From the NCBI GenBank assembly GCA_013696965.1, contig JACCXN010000072.1, forward strand, positions 9,336-73,335: a stretch of DNA of 64,000 bases. Direction: 5' to 3'. The notes beneath the pieces are model-generated. The model was given only the letters and a program-made list of their open reading frames with translations. It was not told where the DNA came from and searched no databases. The position numbers and the translations under genes are program-made. Below are positions 1-9,887 of this stretch, in pieces; the first letter of the stretch is position 1, and each line of letters starts with the position of its first letter. Origin of the DNA: Bacteroidota bacterium. GTDB taxonomy: Bacteria > Bacteroidota > Bacteroidia > JACCXN01.

Positions 1-83
1 TAGTTTATCGTACCACATGTTTAACAAGCTTTTTTTTAAACTTACGTGTGGTTTTCTTATTTGGATTTGAAAAATGAAAAAAT

Positions 84-965
84 TTATTCTTTTTCTGGAA
101 AATAAGGTTCTTTGAGAAAAGAAAGAATATCCCGGCCCATAGGGTTGTTCCTGAAATAAAGCTGGGCGATCATTCCGAAATGATTTCTTCCTTTTATTAC
201 TTTTAATGAGCAGAAGTTACCGGATTCATTGAGCTTATGGCAGAACATTTCGCTACTTTCAGAAATAGTTTTATACGTTTTAGATCCTGTAAAAACGAGA
301 AAAGGAACAGATCCTTCTTTGGGGATATGATAAATCGGGGAGGCCTTTCGCCATATACGGGGATCGGTTGTAAAAACTGCTCTTAAAGATTTGCTATAAT
401 TATTGTTGTATTGTTCAAAATAAGAAACCATATCCAGACCAAAGGCATCAATAAGTATGGTCTTTTTTATAGGGTTGTTAAGGTTTAAATCTTTAAACGT
501 ATTTCCTAAAGTAATTAAAGCGACAAGATGGCCCCCGGCCGAATGCCCTGCAACAGTTATTTTTTTAGGATCGCCACCGAATTTTGAAATGTTTTTGTAA
601 ACCCAGTCTGTTGCAGCAGCACAGTCCTCTGCCATCTTATCATATTTAACGGAAGGACTTAAACGGTAGTTTATCAAAACCGTAACAATGCCTTTTTTTG
701 CCATTCTATTACCGATAAAATGAAATCGGTTTTTACTTCCTGTGTTCCAACTGCCCCCGTGAACAAATACTAAAACCTCTCTTTTGTTTTCGCCAGGTTC
801 TGGATAAAAAATATCCAGGATATGCCTGTCAGGGTCAAATTCATTAAGGGTTTTATCCTTGTATGGAATATCTTTCGACTTACGGATGTTTGTGCTCCAT
901 AAAAAGGAGGTAAGAAAAATCGGAAGGGTCAACAATACCACGCTTTTCATTTTATTCTGAACCAA
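84..965 (-). CDS. secreted alpha/beta-hydrolase (esterase/lipase, hydrolase fold-3)
   Basis: N-terminal signal peptide; oxyanion-hole HGGSW and nucleophile elbow GHSAGG motifs in the translation. Confidence 0.8.
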   Translation of the reverse strand: MVQNKMKSVVLLTLPIFLTSFLWSTNIRKSKDIPYKDKTLNEFDPDRHILDIFYPEPGENKREVLVFVHGGSWNTGSKNRFHFIGNRMAKKGIVTVLINYRLSPSVKYDKMAEDCAAATDWVYKNISKFGGDPKKITVAGHSAGGHLVALITLGNTFKDLNLNNPIKKTILIDAFGLDMVSYFEQYNNNYSKSLRAVFTTDPRIWRKASPIYHIPKEGSVPFLVFTGSKTYKTISESSEMFCHKLNESGNFCSLKVIKGRNHFGMIAQLYFRNNPMGRDILSFLKEPYFPEKE

Positions 966-1777
966 GGGAAAAATGCATTCGTTGTTTTTTGATAGTTAAT
1001 ATATGCTTCTCCTTTTGATAAAACTGCCAGTTTCTCCAACATAGGAATGCCTGTTACATTATTCAATAAAAAATACATACTAATGGGTGAAGTTAAAGCC
1101 AGCCAGCCAAAAGGAGAGGATAATGCATAAACGGCAAAGCCGACCCATATCAGCCATTCGAAAAAATAATTGGGGTGGCGGGAATATTTCCAAAGTCCTT
1201 TTTGACAAACTTTTCCTTCATTTCCACTTTCTTTTTTAAAAGATTTAAGTTGTTTGTCTGCCACACTTTCCCCAACAAACCCTACCAACCAAATGGTAGA
1301 ACCGGAGATCTCAAAAAAAGAAACAGAGGAGTCCTGATCAATAAAAACCAACAAAAAAGGAATTGAAAGCAGCACGTTTGAAAATGCCTGGATTAAAAAA
1401 AACGACAGCATGTTACGATTGGCATTTTTTCCGTATCCTTTTCTCAATAAAGCATATCTTATGTCTTCTTTATTTCGGTGAAAAGAGTTTCGGATCAATA
1501 AATAAGTTCCAAGCCTTATGCTCCAAAACATTACCATGGCTATTAATAAAAAAATCCTGATAGAAGAACCTAAGGTTAGAAAATAAAAAAGAACGATCAG
1601 AAAAGTAAAATTATAGGCCCACCAGGCATCTACTATGCCGGCATTTTTTGTTTTTAATTGCCTTAGCCATACAATAAACAGTACCGATGAAGTAAGCAAT
1701 AGCCCCGATAATAGCATTTTAACAATAAGCAACATTATATTTATATAAGTTTTTTTACAAAAAAGAAGACAGAACAA
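947..1777 (-). CDS. polytopic membrane protein, DUF1295/ICMT/steroid-5-alpha-reductase-like
   Basis: multiple TM helices; C-terminal RHPNYFFEW motif typical of this methyltransferase/reductase-like fold; overlaps the esterase by 19 bp, suggesting an operon. Confidence 0.5.
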   Translation of the reverse strand: MFCLLFCKKTYINIMLLIVKMLLSGLLLTSSVLFIVWLRQLKTKNAGIVDAWWAYNFTFLIVLFYFLTLGSSIRIFLLIAMVMFWSIRLGTYLLIRNSFHRNKEDIRYALLRKGYGKNANRNMLSFFLIQAFSNVLLSIPFLLVFIDQDSSVSFFEISGSTIWLVGFVGESVADKQLKSFKKESGNEGKVCQKGLWKYSRHPNYFFEWLIWVGFAVYALSSPFGWLALTSPISMYFLLNNVTGIPMLEKLAVLSKGEAYINYQKTTNAFFPWFRIK

Positions 1778-1855
1778 ATTTAGGAAGACGGGAATTATAC
1801 AGAATTTAACTGGGTATAAAAAAAATGGTATATCCTTAAATTTAAATAAATTCTA

Positions 1856-2215
1856 TTAATTATTTTGTTTGATGAGCAAATCTTTTATACTCTCCTTTTC
1901 CTTTAACTGAAACAGTTCTTTTAATATGTAGATACAGGTGGCTACACTTCCCAGCAGAATCAAGAGTATTAACCACAATATCTTCTTATAGTGCTTTTTT
2001 TCTTTGTAAGCTATCCAAAGAAACAGCGCTGCTACATTGGCATAGAAATCAATAAGGGTAGCTTTCATCCAGGGTATTCGGATTAAATCCGGAAGTGCTT
2101 CAAAAAGATTGCTTTGCAGGCTTGTTTGTATAATGGTGAAAACCATTCCAATTAAAAGGATGGAAAAGAGGAAAATCAATAAGTTTTTTAGCATGGCAGA
2201 TATAAAATATATCAT
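1856..2215 (-). CDS. small hypothetical membrane protein
   Basis: 119 aa, 3-4 predicted TM helices, no recognisable motif. Confidence 0.4.
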   Translation of the reverse strand: MIYFISAMLKNLLIFLFSILLIGMVFTIIQTSLQSNLFEALPDLIRIPWMKATLIDFYANVAALFLWIAYKEKKHYKKILWLILLILLGSVATCIYILKELFQLKEKESIKDLLIKQNN

Positions 2216-2268
2216 ATATACGCTAAAAGAAAAGAGTTGGATTTTTAAAGAAGCAGAAAAAACGGAGA

Positions 2269-3111
2269 TTATACTTTTCCAAGCACAAACATTTCTTCCA
2301 TTGTAGGAGAAGGAGATCCTCCCTTTTTCTCTAAGGTTACCGCAAATGCCTGGGGGTTTTCAACCTGTTTCATTTTTTGCAGCGTTTCCAAACGATATTC
2401 AAAAACACCCATGTCCACCGGCTGGCCTTCCACAATTGCCCATAGTTGGTATTGTTTTCCGGAAGGGGGCTCGGGAAGGTTGTTTAAGCTTAAATAAACA
2501 CTGTTGTCAGAGGGATTGAAGTAAACAGAGGTAAGTCCGTCAGGTGCTTTGTTCTCAAGGCCTTTTAATAGCACTTTTATGTTGTTCGGGTCTTTCACAA
2601 CAGCGAGTTCTTCTTCTGTGTTGTTTAAATTTTCCTGTAGGGAGGATAGTGATGCCGAAACGGCATTTCTTTCTTCTGTTATATTTGTGATCTGTTGCTT
2701 TTGTCCAACATAATTCCTGTATAGGTTATAAGAGAACAAACCTGTTGCTATCAAAATTGAAACAGAAGCAGCGACAGCCAATTTAAGATAACCGGTTTTG
2801 GCACTTTCTGTTTTCACGTTATTGCCTGCATCATTAATTGAGATAATCTTTGATTCAGGCCCCTGTTTCTTTTTTTGCTGCTCTTCTATTTCTTCAACTT
2901 GCTTAAAAATTTTGTCTTTCAGAGTGGGGGGAGGTGTTGTTTGATGGGAAAAGGCATATCCTTCCATGGCACTTTCAAATCTTGAAAGTTCCTGTTTTAT
3001 TTCAGGGTAAATATGAGACATACATTCTACCTCACGCCTCTCTTGATCAGAAGCCTGTCCTAAAATATAGTCCTCCAATATTCCGGAAGATATGTAACTT
3101 TTTACATCCAT
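2269..3111 (-). CDS. anti-sigma factor, RskA-like (single TM, C-terminal extracytoplasmic domain)
   Basis: lies immediately downstream of an ECF sigma gene with abutting stop/start; has an N-terminal cytoplasmic anti-sigma-like segment, a central TM helix and a C-terminal QLWAIVEGQPVDMGVF-type RskA domain. Confidence 0.7.
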   Translation of the reverse strand: MDVKSYISSGILEDYILGQASDQERREVECMSHIYPEIKQELSRFESAMEGYAFSHQTTPPPTLKDKIFKQVEEIEEQQKKKQGPESKIISINDAGNNVKTESAKTGYLKLAVAASVSILIATGLFSYNLYRNYVGQKQQITNITEERNAVSASLSSLQENLNNTEEELAVVKDPNNIKVLLKGLENKAPDGLTSVYFNPSDNSVYLSLNNLPEPPSGKQYQLWAIVEGQPVDMGVFEYRLETLQKMKQVENPQAFAVTLEKKGGSPSPTMEEMFVLGKV

Positions 3112-3678
3112 TTAATTGAATAATTTCCTTAATTCTTTTAATGCGGCCCTTACCCTCGTTTTAACAGTTCCCAACGGAATGTTTAATTCTTTTGACGCCT
3201 CCTCATGGGTGTAACCTGAAAAATAGATTGCATGGATTACTTTTTGATACTCAGGGCCCAGTTTATTTACAACTTCCCTCATTCCTATTGTTTGAATATT
3301 GTTTTGATGGTTTTGGCTTTTATCAATAGTATATACGCTCTGATCGATATCTTGGATTTCGGGCCTTGTTTTTTTACTGCGTAATTTATCTATGGATTTA
3401 TTCCTGGCAATATTAAGCATCCAGGTAAACAGTGAACCTTTCTTTGCATCATAGCTCTCCATTGCCTGCCATATTTTAACAAATGCTTCCTGAAGAACAT
3501 CTTCAGCCAGTTCCTGGTCGGACAGTATTTTTATGACGACCCCGAACAAGGCGCCTGAATATTTATCATACAGATAGCTGAAAGCTTCTTTGTCTTTCTT
3601 TTTTAAAAGATCAACCAGCTCCTGCTCACTGTATGTTTTTTTGTTTTTTAACAAAGATTTTAATTTTGGGCCGGGCAA
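3112..3678 (-). CDS. ECF (sigma-70 family group IV) RNA polymerase sigma factor
   Basis: 188 aa with region 2 (DVLQEAFVKIWQ) and region 4 (HTHEEASKELNIPLGTVKTRV) signatures. Confidence 0.85.
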   Translation of the reverse strand: MPGPKLKSLLKNKKTYSEQELVDLLKKKDKEAFSYLYDKYSGALFGVVIKILSDQELAEDVLQEAFVKIWQAMESYDAKKGSLFTWMLNIARNKSIDKLRSKKTRPEIQDIDQSVYTIDKSQNHQNNIQTIGMREVVNKLGPEYQKVIHAIYFSGYTHEEASKELNIPLGTVKTRVRAALKELRKLFN

Positions 3679-4436
3679 ATATACATTTTTTCACATTCAT
3701 CCGAAACTTTTTATAAACCCCATTAAAATCCTCTGTAATTACTGATTTCATTGAAATAGCAATGAATTATTTCTGAAAACATCTCCTTTTTTTTGTTCCT
3801 ATGGCTTGTCCCTGAATTTGCACAACACTTACCTCCAATTGCCACCGTTAATCCAAAAATGTAGTCTGTTTTTAAGAAGTAACTGATTTTAAATAATCCA
3901 TTTGAGATTTTATAAAAAGCTCCTGTGCATTTATGATTTCAAGGTGCTTCCTGCCTATTATTGTATTGTTTAATTACTGTTACAGAATTATACTGTCGCT
4001 GGCATTTCAATTGGCAAATTGGCAATGAAAGGTCTGCCTAGTTAGAAATTTAAAACAAAAAAGGGAATAGTATATTTTAATGGAAAAATAAAATAGCCAT
4101 TATTACTCAGGTGTTTAAAATTATTGTTTAAGAGGTAATTAAATCGACCAAAGTGTTTGAAATTTGGTTTTTACACTTTTTGAGTGCTTTGCGTAACCTT
4201 TGCGAACTTTGCGGTTAAATACCAAAGATACTAACTTAAATCGTTATATATCAATAACTTAGCGAATCCACAAAAAGAATAGGAACTTGGCTTTTTTATC
4301 GTAATTAAAGATTCGAATTTTTATGCTGTAGAACCAAATCCACAAGTTTCATAAATAAGCCCACACCTTATTATTTATCTTCCCCTTAAGCAGCCGGAAT
4401 TTCAGTCGGGAACAGATTTTGGTTTTACTCCAGGTA
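3679..4436. promoter_or_regulatory. about 750-bp divergent intergenic/leader region between the ECF sigma operon and the GT2 operon
   Basis: unusually long noncoding stretch for this genome; contains a CTTTGCG x3 direct repeat (about 4185-4215); no ORF of 60 aa or more. Confidence 0.4.
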
Positions 4437-6305
4437 ATGAAAGAGTTTTATTTCAACCAGTTCGACCACCGTAAGCCATATAAACCCGTAAAAGATAACA
4501 TTTACAGGGCAAGGTTATTTCAGGTGGCCGGAATCCTGGCAATCATAGCAGGGCTGATTTACCTTTACTGGAGGTGGGCTTTTTCATTGAATTTTGATGC
4601 ACTCTGGTTCTCACTGCCGCTGGCCATAGCCGAAACATTCTCCTTTTTGGGGATTTGCTTTTTTATTTTCGATTTATGGCAAAATAAAGATGCAGCACAG
4701 CAACCAGCACCTCATTATTTATCAGAGGTGGAGGAGTTGAACGGGAGGGAAGACAGGCCCATTAAAATAGATGTTTTTATTGCCACTTTAAATGAAGAAG
4801 CAGAATTGCTAAGGTACACCATCAAAGATGCCAAAGCAATGGAATATCCTTTTGACGATATGCCTGTTCATATTTTTGTTTTGGATGATGGAAGGCGTGA
4901 CGGGCGCAATATTCACAAGGAAAATATAAAAAAACTCTGCCAGGAGGAAGGTGTAAAGTATATTTCCAGGGAACATAACACCGGTTATAAAGCAGGAAAT
5001 TTAAAAAACGGCATTGAACATACTTCTGGCGATTTTTTTGTAATACTTGATGCCGACAACAGGCCGTTTCCAGGTTTTTTAAAAAATACCCTTGGTTATT
5101 TCAAAAGGGAAAAAGTTGCCTGGGTGCAAACCTGCCATTGGTTTTATGATACCACAGAAACAATCCCTTTAAGTACCTACCTGATTAATGCCCTGGGCAT
5201 TACTTCTGAAAAACTTAAGAAAGCAATTATTTTTTCAACAGGATATATTAATACTGGCGGAGATATCTTCGGAAGTGAGCCAAGGCAGTTTTATGAGGTA
5301 ATCCAACGTAGAAGAAACTTCCACAATGCGTCCTTTTGTTGTGGCGCTGCATCTGTTCACAGAAGGGAAGCGGTTATGGGCAATTCCATTAAATTATTCA
5401 GTGAATCCTTCAATGAAGGCTTTCTGCAGGGGAAAATGCAAAAGGACAACCAAAACCTTATGGCAAAGCGGATGGAATTAATCCAAAGCAAAGAATTAAT
5501 GCCTTTTATGTTTCATGCCTCAGAAGACCTCTATTCTTCTATGGTTATCCACAGCGACAGTAAAAATAAATGGGAGAGCGTGCTTCACCCTTACGTGGAA
5601 AGTAAGTTGCTTTCGCCACAGGATATGCAAACCTTTGTAAAGCAAAGGCTTCGCTATGCAGAAGGCTCTATTGACATCGCCCTCCACGACAACCCCTTAT
5701 TCAAAAAAGGGCTTAGCTGGAGGCAAAAACTTTGTTATTTCCATACAGCCTGGGCTTATTTTTCCTGCATCTGGATACTGATATTCTTACTTAGCCCTAT
5801 CGTATTTTTCTTTACGCATCAATTGCCTGTGGATTGCAGCTCTACAGAATTTTTTGCAGTATTCATTCCTTTTTATTTCATCTATAAAATAGCCGAAACA
5901 GCAGGCTCCTGGGGAATCTCTCAAAAACGTGGCAGGCAGTATTATATATGCCTTTTCTGGATAAACCTTCAGGCAATCATCAGTGTTTTATCAGGCAAGA
6001 AAGTGAAATTCACAGTTACGCCTAAATATAAGCAGCAGTCGCACCCGCTAAAACATTCCTGGCCACATTTAACCATTATAATACTCACCGTTTCTGGTAT
6101 CATTTTAAATGGAATACTGGTGTTTTTTGGAAGTGAAAATCTCTCATTTGGCATTACCATGAATACTTTGTGGGGGCTTCATAATTGTTACACTTTAAGT
6201 GTTTATGTGCGCGCTGCGTATTGGGATACGGAATTATCCGGTGTTAAAGAAAAAGTTAAGGAAATCGAGAGAAAATCATATAGACCTCTGGCGGTAGAAG
6301 CCTGA
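4437..6305 (+). CDS. processive family-2 glycosyltransferase, cellulose-synthase/PgaC-like, membrane-embedded
   Basis: N-terminal TM helices; GT2 motifs (VLDDG, ILDADN, QTCHW, FCCGAASVHRREA, QRLRYAEGS as a QxxRW analogue); C-terminal TM bundle; the ORF track starts at TTG 4419 but ATG 4437 is the more likely start. Confidence 0.75.
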   Translation: MKEFYFNQFDHRKPYKPVKDNIYRARLFQVAGILAIIAGLIYLYWRWAFSLNFDALWFSLPLAIAETFSFLGICFFIFDLWQNKDAAQQPAPHYLSEVEELNGREDRPIKIDVFIATLNEEAELLRYTIKDAKAMEYPFDDMPVHIFVLDDGRRDGRNIHKENIKKLCQEEGVKYISREHNTGYKAGNLKNGIEHTSGDFFVILDADNRPFPGFLKNTLGYFKREKVAWVQTCHWFYDTTETIPLSTYLINALGITSEKLKKAIIFSTGYINTGGDIFGSEPRQFYEVIQRRRNFHNASFCCGAASVHRREAVMGNSIKLFSESFNEGFLQGKMQKDNQNLMAKRMELIQSKELMPFMFHASEDLYSSMVIHSDSKNKWESVLHPYVESKLLSPQDMQTFVKQRLRYAEGSIDIALHDNPLFKKGLSWRQKLCYFHTAWAYFSCIWILIFLLSPIVFFFTHQLPVDCSSTEFFAVFIPFYFIYKIAETAGSWGISQKRGRQYYICLFWINLQAIISVLSGKKVKFTVTPKYKQQSHPLKHSWPHLTIIILTVSGIILNGILVFFGSENLSFGITMNTLWGLHNCYTLSVYVRAAYWDTELSGVKEKVKEIERKSYRPLAVEA

Positions 6306-6333
6306 AATAATTTAATTATTAATAAGAATAAAC

Positions 6334-7014
6334 ATGAACTGGGAAACATTAATGTGCTTCGGAGATAGCATCACCATCGGGGCAAGAAGTTATTGCGGAT
6401 ATCCTGAATATGCCGGAAACCTTTTGGAAAAAAAACTTGGAAACAACTGGAATGTCATCAACCTGGCGGTGTGTGGCTATACCGCAATGGATTTGGCACG
6501 CTACATTAGCAGTAACTTTTCAAACCTAAAGCAATTTGAGCCAGGCATCATATCTATTTTGATAGGAACCAATGATGTAAAGAAAAACACCTTGCCTTCT
6601 GATTTTGAAATAGCATACCGGCAAGTTATCCTGAAAGCTTTGTTGCTTTCCTGCAACCGGAATGTGGTATTGATAAAATTGCCCTTTTTTCCTAAAAATG
6701 TAGCATATCCCTATAACTTCGGGATGAATAATAAAGTCGATTCATGCAATGAAATTATTGACCAATTGGCTGTGAATTATAACCTAAGGGCCATGGAATT
6801 TCATTTAAATGATGCTGACCTTTTCGATGGGGTACACTTGAATGCAACTGGTTCAAAAAATACCGGGGCACAATTATCGCGCTTTATTGAAGCGGATAAA
6901 GGGCTGGTTCAAATAAAAGAAATTCCTGCAATGGCTAAAGATGCAATCGCAGGAAACATCTTAAAGGATTTTGTTGGAAATGATTTAAGCACTTTCAAAG
7001 CAAAAAATGGATAA
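6334..7014 (+). CDS. SGNH/GDSL-family hydrolase (acyl-esterase or acetyltransferase-like)
   Basis: block I FGDSIT motif, GTND block and DGVHL block; 28 bp downstream of the GT2 gene. Confidence 0.75.
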   Translation: MNWETLMCFGDSITIGARSYCGYPEYAGNLLEKKLGNNWNVINLAVCGYTAMDLARYISSNFSNLKQFEPGIISILIGTNDVKKNTLPSDFEIAYRQVILKALLLSCNRNVVLIKLPFFPKNVAYPYNFGMNNKVDSCNEIIDQLAVNYNLRAMEFHLNDADLFDGVHLNATGSKNTGAQLSRFIEADKGLVQIKEIPAMAKDAIAGNILKDFVGNDLSTFKAKNG

Positions 7015-8194
7015 AGCATTATTGGCAATAGGAACAAGGCCTGAGCTCATCAAGGTTGCACCCGTTATCCGGGAGATGGAAAAGCGTGGCCTTCGGGGAC
7101 AATTAATCGTAGTAAATACCGGGCAGCATAAGGAGTTAATGAAAAACACCTTCCGGATTTTAGGAATTGATGCAGACTATACACTCGATTTAATGATTCC
7201 GGGCCAAAGTTTAAATGAATTAACCGCCAGGGCATTGGTGCAGTTTCAGCAATTAATAGATGAACTTCAGGTAAAAAATGAAAAACCTGCTATTTTTCTG
7301 GCCCAGGGTGATACCGCAACGGCTTTTGCAGCATCGGTTACTGCTTTTCATAATAAAATTCCATTTGCCCATATTGAAGCAGGTCTTAGGACAAATAACC
7401 TGGAGAATCCTTTTCCGGAGGAATATTACAGAAAAATCATCAGCCTGAATACGATGAAACATTTTACCCCAACTATATCGGCAAGCAACAACCTGTTAAC
7501 AGAGGGGATAAATCCAGAAAACATCATCATGACCGGAAATACGGTGGTTGATGCTATCGAATATATTAAAAAAGTTCAGTTAATGGATGAAGTTGCAAAA
7601 GATTTAAAATTGCCAATGCATTACCTTAAACAGCAGAAAAACCTGGTGCTGATTACATGCCACAGGCGTGAAAATTTTGGGGCTAATATGGAAAATATTA
7701 TAAAGGCCATTGGAGAATTGGCTCATGAAAACCCGGGCCATAATTTTGTTTGGCTGAGGCATCCGAACCCTTCTGTCCAAAAAAGCCTGGAACTAGCCAA
7801 AATTGGCGAACAGGCTAATGTTGCCATTATTGACCCGCTGGATTACTTTGACCTGGTAAGTATTTACCCATTCATAAAGATTATGATTACAGATTCCGGT
7901 GGCCTGCAGGAAGAGGCGCCTACCTTTAAAATTCCGGTGATTATTTTAAGGGAAACCACAGAACGTATGGAAAGCGTACAAAATGGTTTTGCATTTTTAT
8001 GCGGGGCAAACCGGGAAAAGATAAAAAATGCTTTTCAAGGCTGTGTTTTAAAACCGGTAAACATAACCCATAACCCTTATGGGGATGGAAAAGCCTCGAA
8101 TAGAATTGCTGATTTTCTCCAGGATTTCCTGAAGCCTGAAATTAAAATTATCATACAAAAAGAAGGTTATGAAGAATTGCACGCTAAAGTTTAA
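7007..8194 (+). CDS. wecB: UDP-N-acetylglucosamine 2-epimerase (non-hydrolysing)
   Basis: characteristic N-terminus (GTRPELIKVAPV...VNTGQH) and full-length similarity to WecB/MnaA; overlaps the SGNH gene by 8 bp. Confidence 0.85.
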   Translation: MDKALLAIGTRPELIKVAPVIREMEKRGLRGQLIVVNTGQHKELMKNTFRILGIDADYTLDLMIPGQSLNELTARALVQFQQLIDELQVKNEKPAIFLAQGDTATAFAASVTAFHNKIPFAHIEAGLRTNNLENPFPEEYYRKIISLNTMKHFTPTISASNNLLTEGINPENIIMTGNTVVDAIEYIKKVQLMDEVAKDLKLPMHYLKQQKNLVLITCHRRENFGANMENIIKAIGELAHENPGHNFVWLRHPNPSVQKSLELAKIGEQANVAIIDPLDYFDLVSIYPFIKIMITDSGGLQEEAPTFKIPVIILRETTERMESVQNGFAFLCGANREKIKNAFQGCVLKPVNITHNPYGDGKASNRIADFLQDFLKPEIKIIIQKEGYEELHAKV

Positions 8195-9503
8195 AACAGT
8201 TATTATTGGCGCAGGGCCTGCCGGCACAGGAATAATTTTTAATGCCATACGAAAGGGGAAGTTGAAGGAGCTATTAGAAGGTGGCCTTGCTTTTATTGAG
8301 TCAACAGGCAATTTTGCATCCGGTACTATCGGGAAGTACCTGGTTAATTCAGATTCTAATGGGGGAGTGTTTTTAGAATGTTTAAATGACACCGGCACCG
8401 ATTGGTTTAACCATCTCCAAGCGGATGAAAAAGTTAAATCTATTGCAGAAATGGCATCCAATCCTGTTCCTCTGGAATTAGTGGGTGAATATTTACATAG
8501 GCTTGGAGCAGCATTAAAAAACATAATAAATGGTATTTCCCCTTCCGGAATTTTTCAAAATTCAAAGGCAATTTCTATCTATAAAGAAAAAAGCGGGCAA
8601 TTTTTAGTTAAAATGCAAACAACAGAAGATGGCAAAGTAACAGAGCGCCTGATAGAAGCAGAATCCCTGGTATTTGCAATGGGTGGGAAACAGGATTTTG
8701 AGAATATGGCCAATAGCAGTATTACACCCTCATTAAAATTAAAAGAATTTGAACAGAAAATCTTCCTGACAGATGAATTTTTTACCGCTCCAGGACTATC
8801 AAAAGCGGAAGTATTAATTAGAAAAGCAAAATGTAATAAAGTTGTGGTCATTGGAGGCTCTCATAGTGCATTTTCATCCATTTGGCTGATGTTAAATAAA
8901 ATGAATGGAATTGAATTTGAAAAAGCAGCCATTTCCTTAATTCACAGGGGAAAGTTTAAACTGTTTTATGAATCAAAAGAAAAAGCGTGGGCGGAAGGTT
9001 ATGGTGATTTTACGGAAGCGGATATTTGCCCGGTAACGCAAAGGGTATTTCGGATGGGGGGCATGCGTGCCGATTCAAAGGACTTGCTAAGAAAACTTTT
9101 CGGCTTAAGCCATCAAAGGGAAGAAAGGATAGAACTGCTTGAAATTGATGATGGTGGCGATAATTCAGAAATTCTGAAAAAGAAATTGAATGAAGCGGCA
9201 CTCATCATACCTGCTTTTGGTTATCAGCCTAATACCATTCCTTTATATGATGAAGCAGGAGTTGAGCTCATGTTTTCCCAAAAACCACTGGTCAACAAAT
9301 ACTGCCAGGTAATGGATGTTAATGGGAATACTATTACCGGGCTTTATGGAATTGGGCTTGCATCCGGCTTTTTACCCTGGGGTGAAATGGGCGGTGAAGC
9401 CAGTTTCAATGGGCAAACCAATAGTTTATGGGCATACCAGCACGGAATAGGGGAGTTAATTTTTAACCAACTGATGAATGCCGGGAAAGTTATGGCGATA
9501 TAA
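8169..9503 (+). CDS. FAD/NAD(P)-binding flavoprotein with two dinucleotide-binding motifs (monooxygenase or oxidoreductase-like)
   Basis: N-terminal VIIGAGPAGTG and a second VVVIGGSHSAFS Rossmann motif; overlaps wecB, so likely the same operon. Confidence 0.55.
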   Translation: MKNCTLKFKTVIIGAGPAGTGIIFNAIRKGKLKELLEGGLAFIESTGNFASGTIGKYLVNSDSNGGVFLECLNDTGTDWFNHLQADEKVKSIAEMASNPVPLELVGEYLHRLGAALKNIINGISPSGIFQNSKAISIYKEKSGQFLVKMQTTEDGKVTERLIEAESLVFAMGGKQDFENMANSSITPSLKLKEFEQKIFLTDEFFTAPGLSKAEVLIRKAKCNKVVVIGGSHSAFSSIWLMLNKMNGIEFEKAAISLIHRGKFKLFYESKEKAWAEGYGDFTEADICPVTQRVFRMGGMRADSKDLLRKLFGLSHQREERIELLEIDDGGDNSEILKKKLNEAALIIPAFGYQPNTIPLYDEAGVELMFSQKPLVNKYCQVMDVNGNTITGLYGIGLASGFLPWGEMGGEASFNGQTNSLWAYQHGIGELIFNQLMNAGKVMAI

Positions 9504-9887
9504 AATCATCCCCATCAAGTCCTGATCCTAATTTTTAGTATTATATGTGGTTTGTGAAAAACAGAATGGCTGTTGGAGTTGATACCAAAGTCATAGGATG
9601 GGTGAGCAAAAAAGGGATGTTTTCGAAAATACAAATGAATATAACATGGCGAAACGTAAGTTCGTGAAATCAAAGATTCATGAACACCTTTAAAAATTAA
9701 AAGACAAGTGAATAATACATAAAAAAACACATGCTTTAGCATTGGCTTTGCCGAATCTTGATTTGGTAAAGCAAATCATCGATTTCATGAGTTCCTTAAA
9801 GGAATAATAAAAAAAACGAATAATTAAGGAATGAACAATTCCATTTGAATTTATTTTATCAAGAGATTTATTATAAGTAATTTTATT

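Noticed and set aside
1175-1560. Two small plus-strand ORFs (1175-1366, 1363-1560)
   Set aside because: Antisense within the DUF1295-like membrane protein gene; Lys/Asn-rich translations from AT-rich DNA.
3679-4436. c-di-GMP-I (GEMM) riboswitch upstream of the cellulose-synthase-like GT2
   Set aside because: The conserved GGCAAACC / GACGCAAAGCC core could not be found on either strand. Only a loose GGCAAATTGGCAATG resemblance exists.
9515-9742. 75-aa minus-strand ORF between the flavoprotein gene and fic
   Set aside because: No RBS or start context, composition typical of AT-rich noncoding DNA, no motif.
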